Positions 27,321-40,700 are shown, numbered from the stretch's first letter. The stretch: DNA of 64,000 nucleotides from Mobula hypostoma (GCF_963921235.1 NC_086108.1:60266001-60330000), one strand, 5' to 3'. Made by a program: numbers and translations. Notes: generated from the sequence alone by a model not told the origin.

Positions 27321-27639
27321 ACAGGAATAACCTTGGGCTATACACAACATCTCTAGGGAAGCATGCAACAATATGAACCTGGTAGCCTTTTCCCCATTCT
27401 AAATCAAATTCTTAGTACTGCTGCAACTTAGGTACTACCCCGCAACATTTAGAATGAAGTCTTGAAGTCTGAATGAAGTCACTACTTATGGGCTGAAAGT
27501 ACCTCTGTAGTTTTCACAACACCAACTTTGGACTATTGCTCATCAGGATATACAAGTGATCAATACAGAAACTCCATGTGTTTTGAGATATGAGCACTGT
27601 GTTTCAGTACTAGCTTATTCAATCTTTCTTCATAAGACA

Positions 27640-29460
27640 TGTCCTCTGATCTAGGCAGCACCCTGATAAATTTGCTCTGCACCATCTTTAAAGCTTCCAC
27701 ATCATTCCTACAATGAGGAAACCACCAGAATTGAACACAATATTCCGTGTTCTCTAATCAGTCTTACTGATACCTGCAAAATGACCTCGCAGCTCTTGAA
27801 CACAATTCTCCAACTAATGAATTCCAACACACCATATGCCTTCGTAACCACCCTAAGGGACTTGCCTGGCAGCTTTGAGGGATCAATGGACTTAGACCCG
27901 ACTCTGTTCCTCCACACTCCCAAAAGTTCTGTAATTAACCTTGTACTCTGCTTTCAAGTTCAATCTTCCAAAGTACGTATATCATTTCACTTTCTGGATT
28001 GAACTCCATTTCTCTGCCAACTCTGCAGCCAGTCTAAATCCTTTTGTAACGCACAGCAACTTTCTACACTATCCACAACACCTGGAACCTTCATAGCATC
28101 TGTAAAATTACTAAAGCGGCCCTCTACTCCCTCAGCCAATCATCTGTAAAAATCACAAACAGCAAGGTTCCAAGGAGAGATCCCTGTGGAACACCACTGA
28201 TCACCAAATGCCAAGCTGAGTTGCTCCATCTACTACTACCCTCCTTTCTGTGGGCAATCCAATTTCAAATCCATGAAGCCATGTTTCCATGGATCACAGG
28301 CCTCATGAATTTCTGGATGAGCCCAAAATGGGGAGCCTTGTCAAATGCCTTACTAAAATCTATATATCTACTACTCTACCTTTGAAACTTTGTCTTGTCA
28401 CTTGAGAAAGTCACTTAGGTTCATGAGGCACTACCTGCCCTTTACAAAGCTATGCTGACTATCCCCATGCTTCTCAATGCTTTTAAATCATGCCCCTAAG
28501 AATTCTCTCCAACAGTCAGCCCACCACCGACTCAAGTTTCAATGGTGTACAGTTCCCATGATTATCCCTGTTACCTTTCCTGAACAACGGAACAACATCT
28601 GTCACCCTCCAATCCTCTGATACTACTCCTGTGGCCAAGAACACAATGATTATCACCTCGCCAATACCTCAAAACTCTCTTCCCTCATTTCCTAAAGTAA
28701 CTTGCAGTATATCCCAACCTGCCCCATGGACTTACCCATCATAATATTTTTCAGAAGCTCCAACACCATCTCTTCCAGCACATTAGCCTGTTCCACACTG
28801 ACCTCAGGTACGTACAAAGTCCCTCTTCCTGATGAACACTGAAGCAAAGTATTTATTGAGAACTTCTCCTACCTCCTCAGCTCTGGGTACATTTCCCCCT
28901 TAATTCCCAAGCTCTCCTACCACTCTTGTCATCCCCTTGTTCTTTGTGTGGAATGTCTTGGGGTTTTCCTTAATCCTACAAGTTAGGCCTTCTCACGGGC
29001 CCTTCTAGCTCTCCAGTCACAACTTAGGTGCCTTCCTGGCTACCTTATAATTCTCAAGAGCCCTGCCCGATTTTTGCTTCCTAAACCTTAAGTATGCTTC
29101 ATTCTTCCTCTTGACTAGATATTCCACCTCTCTTATTAACCATGGGTTCTTTACCCTGTCATTCTTTCACTATCTCAGTGGGTCAAACTTATACAAAACC
29201 CCATGCAAGTGGTCCCAAAACAATCTCCACATTTCTGCTGTGCATTTCCCTGAGATCAAGTTTTCTCTATTTATGTTCTCAAGTTTCTTAACATTGTAAT
29301 GATCCCTCCCACCTAGTTAAATACTTTCCCTTAGTGTCTGCTCCTAACCTTGTCCATAGGTATGTAATAGGTCAGGGAGTTGTGTTCAATATCTCCAAAA
29401 TGCCATCAAGAAGACTATCAACTGACCAACACCAGATCCAGTATGACCTAGTTGGCCTCT
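27640..29460 (-). mobile_element. CR1 LINE, degenerate
   Basis: Remnants VVTKAYGVLEFISW, GVPQGS (ccctgtggaacacc) and FSKAFDK (ttgtcaaatgccttac). Confidence 0.8.
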
Positions 29461-29540
29461 GTGCAAGATATCCCAAACTACACATTAAAAAAAACACTTC
29501 TTTATGACTGATTGTACGTGCATATTCCAATTCTACTTAC

Positions 29541-29689
29541 ATGTTCTAAACTTTTCCTTCAGTGCATCCAAATCTTCTTTGAGAGCAACCTGCATCCAGA
29601 CCAAACCAACACAAGCTACTACACAAGCAGCAAGCATAACAAATGCGCACAGTGGATAACAAATCTTGCAGCATTTCACATAGCCTGCC
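29541..29689 (-). CDS. EFCAB14: EFCAB14 coding exon 2 (transmembrane segment)
   Basis: Acceptor ttcttttgcag|G, donor ACA T|gtaagt, 149 nt, phase-compatible with exon 1. Encodes AGYVKCCKICYPLCAFVMLAACVVACVGLVWMQVALKEDLDALKEKFRT. Confidence 0.95.
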
Positions 29690-30979
29690 CTGCAAAAGAA
29701 CAAAAGGCAAAGATTGAAATGCATACGGATAATCGGGAAACTTCAAACAAAATAACTGAAGTTTTGATCCATTTAGTTTATACGATATCGGAATAAACTA
29801 AAGTAAGGACAACAATGTTAACTCCACAATTCTATTGCTATTAATTTTATTGGCAATAAATAAAATATACACCTAACATTTGAAAAGTATTACTTCAGTG
29901 ATAAAAATATCCAGTTAAAGTTGTATTCTATAGATTGATTCTTAAAATTGTGCACACTTTTGCATTCTAAGAGCCTGCGGAAATGACAACCACTGTACAA
30001 GGAAACAATCTATACGAGAGCGTCATCCGATTTTGTGCTAAAATGCAATATTTCATCCTATTACACCTACCCCACACCTAAAACAGGTAGCCACTAAGAA
30101 CATTTCCTCAGATTTTCCCTCCATAATATGGTAGAATTTATTATCAATTCTGGATTCACTTTTTTTTCTCCCATCTGTTTTTGGCGATCAATTTGAACAT
30201 GCTCTCCAGTTACACGGAACAAATCACGACAAAATATTGAAATTAATTACTTTTGATGTCTATTAAAATGGGCTGTCTTCTTTGAAATAAAAGGGCCTTA
30301 TACATTGTCAAACTTAAATTACACACCATAAACTCAAGAATTCTCATATGTGATGAAAGTATGGCAAAAACGTCCATACATAGTTTAAAAGAGCAGAAGG
30401 CATATTGAATTAAAACGTTAGTAATTGAAATTAACAAAAGCTTAGTTAAAATTGTAAATCTTAGGTGAAGCTACCGTAAACAGTAATCGATAACCAATGC
30501 CCAGGAGAAACTTGGATACAGGTCTTAAACAGACTGAAAATGCAAAGGGTCATGGCCACGGAGAACTTTGAAATGGATATTTCGGAATTAGGTACTGTGC
30601 AGTCAGTGCAAGTCTACATGGAGGAATAAAAGGACACGGTGCGGGACAGAATGCATCCCACATGCTTTGGTTAAAGATAGTGACGAGCCAGTTTTTAAGG
30701 AAGGTGGGGTTAAAGCACTACTCTCGTAACAACGCACATAAAATGCTAGAGGAACCCAGGAAGTCAGGGTCTCGGTCCGAAAAGTCGACTGTTCATTCCC
30801 CTCCATAGATGCCTAACAGCCTGGATTCCTTCAGCGTTTTGTGTGTGCTGCTCACGAGTTCCAACATCGGAAGAATTTCTTGTGGTTACTGCTTCATAGC
30901 AGAAAATTTGCAAAATCTGCCAAAGTCAAGTAACTGGGTCATCGTAGCAAGTCGTATTTTAATATACTGCTTCAACTAC

Positions 30980-31720
30980 ATGCCAGAGAACCACACGACG
31001 CCGTTTCGTTCCCAAACCGGAACATCTCAAACGCAGTTTGAGTTAAAGGGCCTTATCCTGCGCTCATTCTTACTTTGCGAAGAAGGAGCCGGAGGCCGGT
31101 TCAGCGAACTCGTCGAAATCGGAGGACGATTCTGATTCCGAGGCCGTGGGCTCGGTCCTCAGCAGCAGTTGGTGCCCGGAGCTTTTCTTCGACTTCTTTT
31201 TCTTGCCGTCGCCGGTGAGACCGATGAGCGCATTCAGCTCCTTCCGTTTCTTCATTTTCTTCTGCGGGGTCGCCGCTTTATACTGCACATCCAGCTGCGC
31301 GTGCTTGCTCTCCAGCTTGCAGCGGTTCGTAAGTGAACATATAACCCAGGAGACAGGGTGACAGAAGTTGGTGAAACGAAGGAAGGAGAGAGGAGAGAAG
31401 GAACCCGCAGATACCGTCCCAAACAGTAACACGGCACCACCCCGTTACATCGGATCCCCTCGTTGGCCAGTGCTCGGGTTACGTCAGAAATGCAGCGACG
31501 GTGTGACGTGCTAAGAGCGCGCGAGCTCCGGGTGGTGGAAGAAGACGGAAGGGAAGCTGGTTGGCGGAAGTGTTGTTTGTCTGTCAGAGTTTGTAGCTTC
31601 AACTTTGTCTCCGGCAAAACAAATCCTGCGGTTGATAGAACTCCAGGGGTCAGCAAGGAAATCGGATATAAGAAGATGTTGTTGAGGTGTCTGGGTTGCT
31701 TCATGGAAGGCCGAACCCTG
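30980..31720. promoter_or_regulatory. CpG island / EFCAB14 promoter and 5' UTR
   Basis: Sharp local rise in GC and CpG content around exon 1. CRE/ATF-like TTACGTCA at 31479-31486 and TGACGT at 31504-31509. ETS/GABP-like GGCGGAAGTG at 31563-31572. Confidence 0.75.
31074..31255 (-). CDS. EFCAB14: EFCAB14 coding exon 1 (start codon at 31255)
   Basis: Translates MKKRKELNALIGLTGDGKKKKSKKSSGHQLLLRTEPTASESESSSDFDEF..., which I recognise as the EFCAB14 N-terminus. ATG has A at -3. Ends ...GCA AA|gtaaga (phase 2) within a CpG-rich region. Confidence 0.95.
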
Positions 31721-32149
31721 AGGTGAATTCGAAAGGATAGTCAGTGGGAAACGGAGCAGATGACTGTGAGACCAACGAGGAAATTGACACCAAAGGTGAT
31801 TAAACTATCAATAATCTGTTGGGGGAACTCAAGTGGTTCGAGCAACATCTGTAGGATGAAAGGAATTGTCGAGTTTACAGTTGTGATTTAGAGATCAAGG
31901 GAAAAAATGTGTGAACCTCGATGCTATCCTGATTTGGCACAGTGAGGACCAGGAAAGTGGAAATAATCAGCGGTGTTGTGGATATAAATGTGAAGGGACT
32001 GGAGAAAGGGGGAACAAATAGTCAAGAAGGAAGAAATTTTGTGCGAAAGGAACAAACTGACACTTTGGGGCTACTAGCATAATTCTCTTTGTGGATCTTA
32101 AAAAGGAAGTAAAAGTTACATTTGCAGACCATAAGGCTAAAACTTGGGA

Positions 32150-34050
32150 GGGAAGATCTGAAGAAATGAGGTCGCTAACTGTCTAGGAAGCAATGGGATG
32201 ATCATTTGTAGATTCATGGTCAGCGGTGTCAATGTTGTTTTCTGACTAAACTACGTCATAAATCTGTCCATCTGGTCTTGGCTCCATAGCATTTTATATC
32301 CAAGGGGAACAAAGCTCTTTCAAACTCAGATCTAATTACTTTGAAAATAGAACCCATACTTTCAATCATGTGATGAAATCTTTGTCGTCATCTCTAAAGT
32401 TTTCTCTCATTTTAGGGGTCATCTGTACTTAGAACAGAAAATGTTTGTAACATCTATGCTATTATTTTCTTTAACACAAAGCAATCAAATAAACAATATT
32501 CTTGGGAAGTGCAATACCAGTTATTTAATTCCTCTGTATACCTGGTCCACAACAGATGATTGTGTGTTGCCTGCATTGAAATCCATCTTTCAATAATACT
32601 TTTAAAATTTTAAGGGTAACAGCTACTTCAGAACAACTTTAATAAGTAACCCTTAAAAGGCTCTGTATACTACTTCCAAAAGATATTATCCTCAATTATT
32701 TTACCTACTTGTACAATAAATTCATCTATTAGAAGCATCCACCCTTATTAAAAATTCTTTGGCTAATATTAAGCTACTTGTATTTCTCTTCAAGTGCTTT
32801 GTTCTCAATTATATATTCTTATAATTTATCCATAATAGAAATTAGATTAACAGTTGAATAATTTACTGTTTTTTCTCCCCCTCACAAGTTTCTTAAGGAA
32901 TGGAGTTACACCTGCAGTTTGCCTACATCAAGAGGTAAATTTAGATTTCTGAATTGAGAGAGCTGCAAAGATTATGTTATGTTTCTGGCATCCCTACTAT
33001 ATCTGTATATCTTGATCCTCTTCTATTTTGCCTCCTAAAGCTGTATGTTTCTTGCAACTCTCCAGAGCTGGTGTAGAATTAAATTATGATATCTGACCAG
33101 AATATTATAAAAGTTAATCACATCCAGCCTGTGTTTTGTATTGTCTAAATATCTCAATATACTATTTTATTGATTGTTGCTCCTCATTGATTGAAAATAT
33201 TCACAAGGCTTGTTCAGCTTCACCCATGACTGTCACAGGAAGCTTACTTTTCCTTTGTATGTCTTGTGCTTTGTAACTTAAGTAATAAATCTCATCTGCT
33301 AATGACCTGTCTACATACAAACCGATTCATCCCGTAATTTATATTTGATACCTCCTGCTTTGGCATCTGGAAACACTATTAAATTTGTCTGCTAAATCAA
33401 AGGCATTTACTGAAATTAAGAACCAGAAGGACATCAGCACTAAGCTCTGGCACATTCCACTTTGGTTTGTCAAGTAGGATTCTCCTTTTGCATCAGTTTT
33501 GATAGCTATTGATTGTTTCATTTATAGTAAATATTACACTTCCTGCATAGTTTTGCACAGCATTTTGGTACTGATGTGATCTATCCTTGGAAATTGGGAA
33601 ATGGCACTGATTTACGTAGAAGATATAGTACAGGAATTCAGTGTAGGTGCTTTCATTTCACACAAGTGCCTTTCCATTCCAACCAACTCTTTTCAGTCTT
33701 CTGCACCAATTTTTCATCCTTATTTCGTAATGTTGGTCTATTTTCCTTTTGAAAATACCTAGGACATGACAAGACGCAATCTCTCTCTCTCACTCTCTAA
33801 TATTATAAATCCAGTCGTGATTATATATTTGTGGCTCGTGGTTCTGAGTTTTTCTGAAAGAGGATTAATCTTAAGCCAGGAGACGTAAACATAGAATCCC
33901 ATTTCTAAATCGATGAACACTTTCACCATTTTTAGTTCTCCATTTAGCCATCTCAAAATGTTCTCTTTCCTCTGAAAATAAACCACTAATTCATTCAATC
34001 TTTCCTATTTATTTTCATTAATGTCATTTCTGTGTTCAGTTTATCTCTTC
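32150..34050 (-). mobile_element. Very old CR1-like remnant
   Basis: KGESYLTN and F..AFD remnants in the 33339-33521 ORF; otherwise highly decayed. Confidence 0.5.
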
Positions 34051-35229
34051 TATGTTTAATTCATCAGTGTGGCCTGATCAAGGCCCTTCTTCACTGCTTA
34101 GAATTCAGATCCCTAGAAATACTTCTCAGTGTTTTGCCAACTTAATTGCTTTTGAGATCCTTTTGCTTCTCTGTTTCAAAGCTTCTAAGCTGTTAATATG
34201 ATGGTTCTGAATTTGACCAGAGTGAAACAGCTGTTTGTGCCTGTTACAAAAGGAAGGTGTGGGTTGACAATAAGCTCCACTGAAGCAGTCATTCATTGAA
34301 ATTGCTCCTTGGAGGCCCTGATTCAAGCAGTTGACAGCCAAAGATCAAGTTTGGCAGTGCAACTTTTTAAATATTTTATCTGCCTTTTGCCTTTATGAAT
34401 TCTTCTGATGAAATTTTTTTGGATGTAAGTGAGAAAGCTATTCAATAGAAACACACCCTCAACATCCTCCATGTATCCTGATTCAAAGTCCAATAATCAG
34501 TTAAATGTGGCAGATATGACATGGGTGAACCTTTAAACTCATTTACAAGCCATTTTATATTGTTTAAGTAAATATAAGAATTGTTGCCTCACAATTAAAC
34601 TTTTATGTTGAAATCATGACTTCGATGATAGGTTTCATTGATGCAGTTGAGCAAAGTGGCAATCTTTTTACTTTCAAGATTGTAAAACATCTGTGTTGCA
34701 TGTTTTTTTAAAAATATCTTGCTGGTGTTCGTTCGTGTTTAAGTGAACCATCATGAACACTAGAGGATTTCCTGCATTATATTGGACACACAAATGAAAG
34801 CTATTCTAATAAATTCTATTTAAATTTGCTCATTCTTTGATCTAACAAAAAATACAGCTTGACCATAATATTATTAATCTGAAAATGTGCTGTGAGAATG
34901 TTTATGCAAATTGGTTACTGATGTACAATATATTAATGAATTAGTAGATTAATATTTTTTCATTAGTTGGGCATTGATTTAATTTTCCATAGCAGTCATA
35001 ACAGAGACTTGGTTGAAAGAAAGACAGAAATGGATGTTTAAATGTTCTAAGGTTTTGATGTCTTAGAGAAAATAGAGAAGTAGTGGGAGAAAGGGGATAC
35101 AGGGAGTTGTGCTATTAATCATAGCTGCAGTCAGATGACATAATAGAGGGTTCATCCACTGATCCTGTATAGGTAGAACTGAACAATATGAAAGATGCAA
35201 TCACCTTGATGAGACTGTACTACATAGTC

Positions 35230-35620
35230 ATAGTCATAGTCATACTTTATTGATCCCGGGGGAAATTGGTTTTCATTACAGTTGCACCATAAATAATAAA
35301 TAGTAATAGAACCATAAATAGTTAAATAGTAATATGTAAATTATGAAATAAGTCCAGGACCAGCCTATTGGCTCAGGGTGTCTGACCCTCCAAAGGAGGA
35401 GTTGTAAAGTTTGATGGCCACAGGCAGGAATGACTTCCTATGACGCTCTGTGCTGCATCCCGGTGGAATGAGTCTCTGGCTGAATGTACTCCTGTGCCCA
35501 CCCAGTGCATTATGTAGTGGATGGGAGACATTGACCAAGATGGCATGCAACTTAGACAGCATCCTCTTTTCAGACACCACCGTGAGAGAGTCCAGTTCCA
35601 TCCCCACAACATCACTGACA
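35230..35620 (-). mobile_element. Rex-type LINE 3' end of a second subfamily; another copy at about 53737-54000 (+)
   Basis: Encodes SHPLH..RSTFSQRL..C.TERHRKSFLP.AIKLYN. Shares GGGTCAGACACCCTGAGCCAATAGGCTGGTCCTGGACTTATTTC with 53818-53861. Both copies have microsatellite tails. Confidence 0.8.
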
Positions 35621-36519
35621 TGCAATGCACCCCACCCCACCCCTTCCCAATAGCCACTGATACATTGAGGAATAGATATGCAGGCAGATTAAGGAAAGGT
35701 GTAAAAACAACAAGGTTGTTGCTTCAACTTCACTAATATAAACTGGGATCTCCTTGATGTAAGAGCCTTAAATGGGATGGATATTGTTAGGTGCTCCCAG
35801 GAAGGTTTGTTAAAAATCAATATGTGGATAAACCTACAAGAGGAGGGATCATTCTGGATCGGACGTTGGTAATAAGCATGTCTAGGTTACTGATCTTTCA
35901 GTGGGAGAACAGTCAGTGATCACAAGTTCTTAAATAGATAAGAATAAGTGTGGACCTTGGAGCTGGACAAATTACAAGGGCATTAGGCAGGAACTAGGGA
36001 GAGTGAACTGTGAACCACGAGCAAGTTTGTATCGACGTGGAGGTGTTTAAAGAGCAACTGTACAGACAGGTACAGTAAAGTCGGACAAGGATGGCAAGGT
36101 AAGGAAGCTTTGGATGTCAAGAGAGAATTTCATCAAGGAGAAGAGGGATGCTTATGTTCGGTTTAGGAAGCTAATATCAAATGGACCTCTTGAGGATTAT
36201 TTAAAAAAAGCCAGAAGAGAACTGAAGAAGGAATTGGGAGAGTGTGGGGTGGGAGGGGCATGAAAAGTCCGTGGAAAGTAGAATTAAAGAGAATCCCAGG
36301 GCACTTTGTATATACATCAGAGCAAAGGAGATAACTATGGGTGGATAGGACCTCTCAGGGATAAATGAAGGAACATATAATGTTTCATCACAGAGGATAT
36401 GGTTGAGGACCTAAATGAGTATTTTGCCTCAGTATTACCGTGGAGGACAGAGAGATCAGTGTGGAGTGTCCTAATGTGCTAGAGGATTTTGAGATGAAGA
36501 ACAAAGAAATGTCTTAAAG

Positions 36520-37077
36520 AACATAAAAACATAGAAAATGGTGCAGGAGTAGGCCATTCGGCCCTTTGAGCCTGCACCGCCATTCAGTATGATCATGGCT
36601 GATCATCCAACTCAGAACCCTGTACCAGCCTTACCCCACCATACCCCCTGATCCCTTTAGCCACAAGGGCCATATCTAACTCCCTCTTAAATATAGCCAA
36701 TGAACTGGCCTCAACTGTTTCCTGTGGCAGAGAATTCCACAGATTCACCACTCTCTGTGTGAAGAAGTTTTTCCTCATCTCGGTCCTAAAAGGCTTCCCC
36801 TTTATCCTCAAACTGTGACCCCTCATTCTGGACTTCCCCAACATCGGGAACAATCTTCCTACATCTAGCCTGTCCAATCCCTTTAGAATTGTATATGTTT
36901 CAATGAGATCCCCCCCTCAATCTTCTAAATTCCAGCAAGTATAAGCCTAGTCGATCCAGTCTTTCATCATATGAAAGTCCTGCCATCCCAGGAATCAATC
37001 TGGTGAACCTTCTTTGTACTCCCTCTCTGGCAAGAATGTCTTTCCTCAGATTAGGGGACCAAAATTGCACACAATAT
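36520..37077 (-). mobile_element. CR1 3' fragment, young
   Basis: Encodes GKSRMRGHSLRIKGKPFRTEMRKNFFTQRVVNLWNSLPQ; 3' UTR similar to the 14216-15995 copy. Confidence 0.9.
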
Positions 37078-37369
37078 TAAGCTAGCTAGCCCTTAGGGCC
37101 TGGTGGGATATACCCAGATTATTGAGAGAGGCAAGAAACAATACTGCTGGGGTCTTGACCAATATCTTCATGTTCTCTAGCCACAGGTGAGGTCCTAGAG
37201 GACTGGTGAGTAGTTAATGTTGCTTCATTATTTAAGGAGTGAGTTGTGAATAATCCTGAAAAATCTCGACCACTGAGTCTCATCGGTGGTTGGGAAGCTA
37301 CAGGAGAAAATTCTTAGAAATAAGATTTATGAGCACCTAGACAACAGTAAAATATACATCCAGTACTAA

Positions 37370-38590
37370 GTCTGAAGTAAATTTATTATGCAAGTATTGC
37401 ACATAATGTATATGTCACTACATATAACCCTGAAATTTATTTTCTTGCGGGTGTTCACTGTAAATCCAAGAAACACAATAGAATCAATTAAAGATCACAC
37501 CCAGCAGGATGGTCAGATAACCAATATGCAAAAGACAACAAACCACAGATACAAAAAGAAAAATAATAAATAAATAAGCAATAAATATTGAGAACATGAG
37601 GTAAGTCCTTGAAAATGAGTCCATAGGTTGTAGGAACGTTTCAATGATAGGGCAAGTGAAGTTATTCCCTCGGGTTCAAGGGCCTGCTGGTTGAGAGGTA
37701 ATAACTGTTCCTGAACTGGGTGGGATGAGTCTTGAGGCTCCAGTACCACCTTTCTGATGACAGCATTGAGAAAAGAGCAGCCCCTGGATAGTGGAGGTCT
37801 TTGATAATGGATGTCTCTTTCCTGCAACAGCACAGTGTGTAGATGTGCTCAATCGGGAGCGGGCTTAATCCATCACGTGCTGGGTCGTATCCACTACTTC
37901 TTGTAGGATTTTCCATTCAAGCGCATTGGTGTTCCCATACAAAGCCATGATGCAACCAGTTAATATACTCCTCACCACATATCTATAGAGGTTTGTCAAA
38001 GTTTAAGTTCACACATGCTGAATCTTAACAAACTTCAAAGAAAGTAGAGGCGCTACCATGCTTTCTCTGTAATGGCACTTGCTGGACCCAGGACTGATTC
38101 TCTGAAATGATAACACTGAGGAATTTAAAGTTGCTGACCCTCTCCACCTCTGATCTCCCAATGAGAACTGGCTTATGGTCCTCCCAATTTCCTCTCCCTG
38201 AAGTCAATAATCAACTCCATGGTCTTGCTAACATTGAGTGAGAGGTTATCGTTGTGGCACCGCTCAGCTAGATTTTCAATCTCCCTCCTTTCTGATTCAT
38301 CACCATCTTTGATTCAGCCAACAACAGTGGTGTCATCAGCAAACTTAAATATAGCGTTGGAGCTGTGCTTAGCTTCACAGTCATAGCCATAGAGTGAGTA
38401 AACACACAGCCTTGTGGTGCACCTATGCTGATGGAGATTGTGGAGAAGATGTTGTTGCATGGGGTCTGCAAGTGAGAAAATTGAGGATCCAGTTGTACAA
38501 CAGAAGTATTGAGGTCAAGGTGTTGAAGCATATCGATTAGTTTTGAGGGGATAATAATATTGAATGCTATAGTCGACGAAGAGCATCCAG
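37370..38590 (-). mobile_element. Rex1/Babar-type LINE 3' fragment
   Basis: AFNIIIPSKLI, SIGAPQGCV, VERVSNFKFL and SIIKD.H.PG..LFS. Confidence 0.85.
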
Positions 38591-39101
38591 GTATTTTCAT
38601 CTTCACTGTTTACCGATATCAGCTTGGCATTAAATACCATCATCCCCTCAGTACTAATCAATAAGCTTCAAAATCTGGGCCTCTGTACCTCACTCTGTAA
38701 CTGGATCATTGACTTCCTTATTGAAAGATCACAGGCGGTGCAGATCAGTAGTAACAGGTTCCCCTTGCTGACAATCAACACAGGTGCACCACAGAATACG
38801 TTCTTAGCCAACTGCTCTACTCTCTACATTTATTTAGAGACACTGTGCGGAACAGGTCCAATGAGCCATGCCACCCAACAGTTTAACCCTCGCTTAATCT
38901 CAGGACAATTTACAATGACCAATTAAGTACTAACCAGTACGCCTTAGGAATGGGGGAGGAAAAAAGGGACACTTGGAGGAAACCCATGCATTGATGGGGA
39001 GAAATGTACAAACTCCTTCCAGATATCGTTGCAATTGAACTCTGAACTCCGATGTCCTGAGCTATAATAGCATCACACTAACCACTATATTGTGTGTTTA
39101 G

Positions 39102-40051
39102 TGTTACGTACCCCGTAACTGGGTTGCCAAACCAGCTTACTAGAACTAAGAAAGTTTTATTAAAGAAACAAGCAACAGCAACACAGTAATCGAAAGGATA
39201 ATGAATGCAACAGTTCAGCAATAATAAACACACATGCGCACAGAATTAAGATAACAGCATCAATCAAGCTCTATCGTTGTCTAGGGGTAAATGACCAATT
39301 TCAAAGTGACACAAAGTTCAGTCCAATTGAGTTCAGTTCGCAGTAATCGTTGCCATGGCGATGGACAACGTGGGGGGAGGGAGAGAGAGAACGAGAACGA
39401 CTGATTATTCAGAACGGCTTCCACTCACACACCGGCGATATTGCTCACAAGCAGCTTTCGGGCGAGTCCTTTGTGATGTCACCTGAGGTCACCGACTGTG
39501 ACCCCTCCTCCAGATGCGGTCGATCCTCTGCAGTGAACCTGACACCCAAGCGAGGGTGGACCCACACCAGGTTCCCGCTGATCGTACCTTTCCACCCTGT
39601 GCGTTTAAGGCTGATCCCCCGATCAGCCGTCCAAGAGCTTCCAACCGACTCGTGAGAGGCGCACCGCTTCCAGGGTCTCGTTACCTCGGGTGTCGTGTGT
39701 GTCCTGCCTTAGTGAACCTGTCCCTTTTTATCCCCCTGCTGGGGTATCGCCTGTCCATCACTTCAAACAGTTCAGGGTTCAAAGGGGGAGCCGCTCTAGA
39801 CAGCTCTCTCTCCCGTCCCTTCATTACACATCTCCAGATCGCCGGTCCATCACTTCAAACAGTTCAGGGTTCAAAGGGAGAGCCGCTCTTGGCAATACCC
39901 AGACTGATGGCTCCTTCATTAACATCTCCAAATGCTGCTTCATTTTTCCTTATCTCTCCTTCCCCTGAGGACAGGTGGCAGACCAACTGCTGATACCACT
40001 GATGCTAGCCCAGGCCAGCAAACATCTTAATTTATGTGTATTCTCGTCACA
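39102..40051 (-). repeat. 3' LTR (950 bp) with intact TG...CA ends
   Basis: Plus strand begins TGTTACG and ends CGTCACA. It is directly adjacent to the minus-strand PPT AAAGGGGGGAAG at 40052-40063. Confidence 0.9.
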
Positions 40052-40700
40052 CTTCCCCCCTTTAAGGATTTTTACCGGGGTAAAAATTACAAACATGAGT
40101 ACATTATTTGATACACACAAATATACATCTTTATCAGCTATTTGGCTAATACAGAGAATTTGAAGTTGTCAACACCTTGACAGACAGTCATCACATTTTC
40201 TGTTCCCTTTATATGTGTTATTAATAATCCCTTAGACCAGGCTCCAACTCAGCAAACTTCATAGTGGCCAAAAACACTGATGAATTGCGATCAATGTAAC
40301 CTCTCATTTGGTTTTGTCCCGGACCACAATAACAAGAGTCGTCCCATTCTGACTTAGTTTTCTCTTGCAAGGGCTCAGTAGGAGCGGGAGGGGTAGTAAC
40401 CGCAGAGTTATTGCAAAACTTCCTACAGTACCCCACCATCTCCCAGAGCCTTCTGAGGGCCCTCTTGTCTGTCGGGGTTGGGAGGTCAGCGATAGCCTGC
40501 ACTGTAGCTTGCATTGCTGCCAGCTGCCCCTGCGTCACCACAATTCCCAGGTAAGTGGCCTTCGTGTGGCCGAACTCATTTTTTTCAAGGTTCACTATCA
40601 AGCTGGCTTCAGACAGCCGTATTAAATTGCCAATACACACCTCTGTGTTCATCAGCCCTTTAGTCACGGAATTACTCATTATATATGACTGTTTGCTAGG

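Larger units (their letters stand above)
35020..37350 (+). mobile_element. Old CR1 fragment carrying nested younger insertions
   Basis: Endonuclease/linker remnants (PTRGG.ILD, IKENP..LY.YI, LNEYFASV). Interrupted by a Rex fragment (35230-35620) and a minus-strand CR1 (36520-37077). Confidence 0.65.

Noticed and set aside
31256..31432. In-frame upstream extension of the EFCAB14 ORF (59 codons from a GTG)
   Set aside because: Non-ATG start in a GC-rich UTR. The recognised protein begins at MKKRKE, and open frames are common in CpG islands.
34126..34240. Minus-strand acceptor ccttccttttgtaacag followed by HKQLFHSGQIQNHH...KH*
   Set aside because: No recognisable homology and no phase-compatible upstream exon found; it lies next to decayed CR1 sequence.
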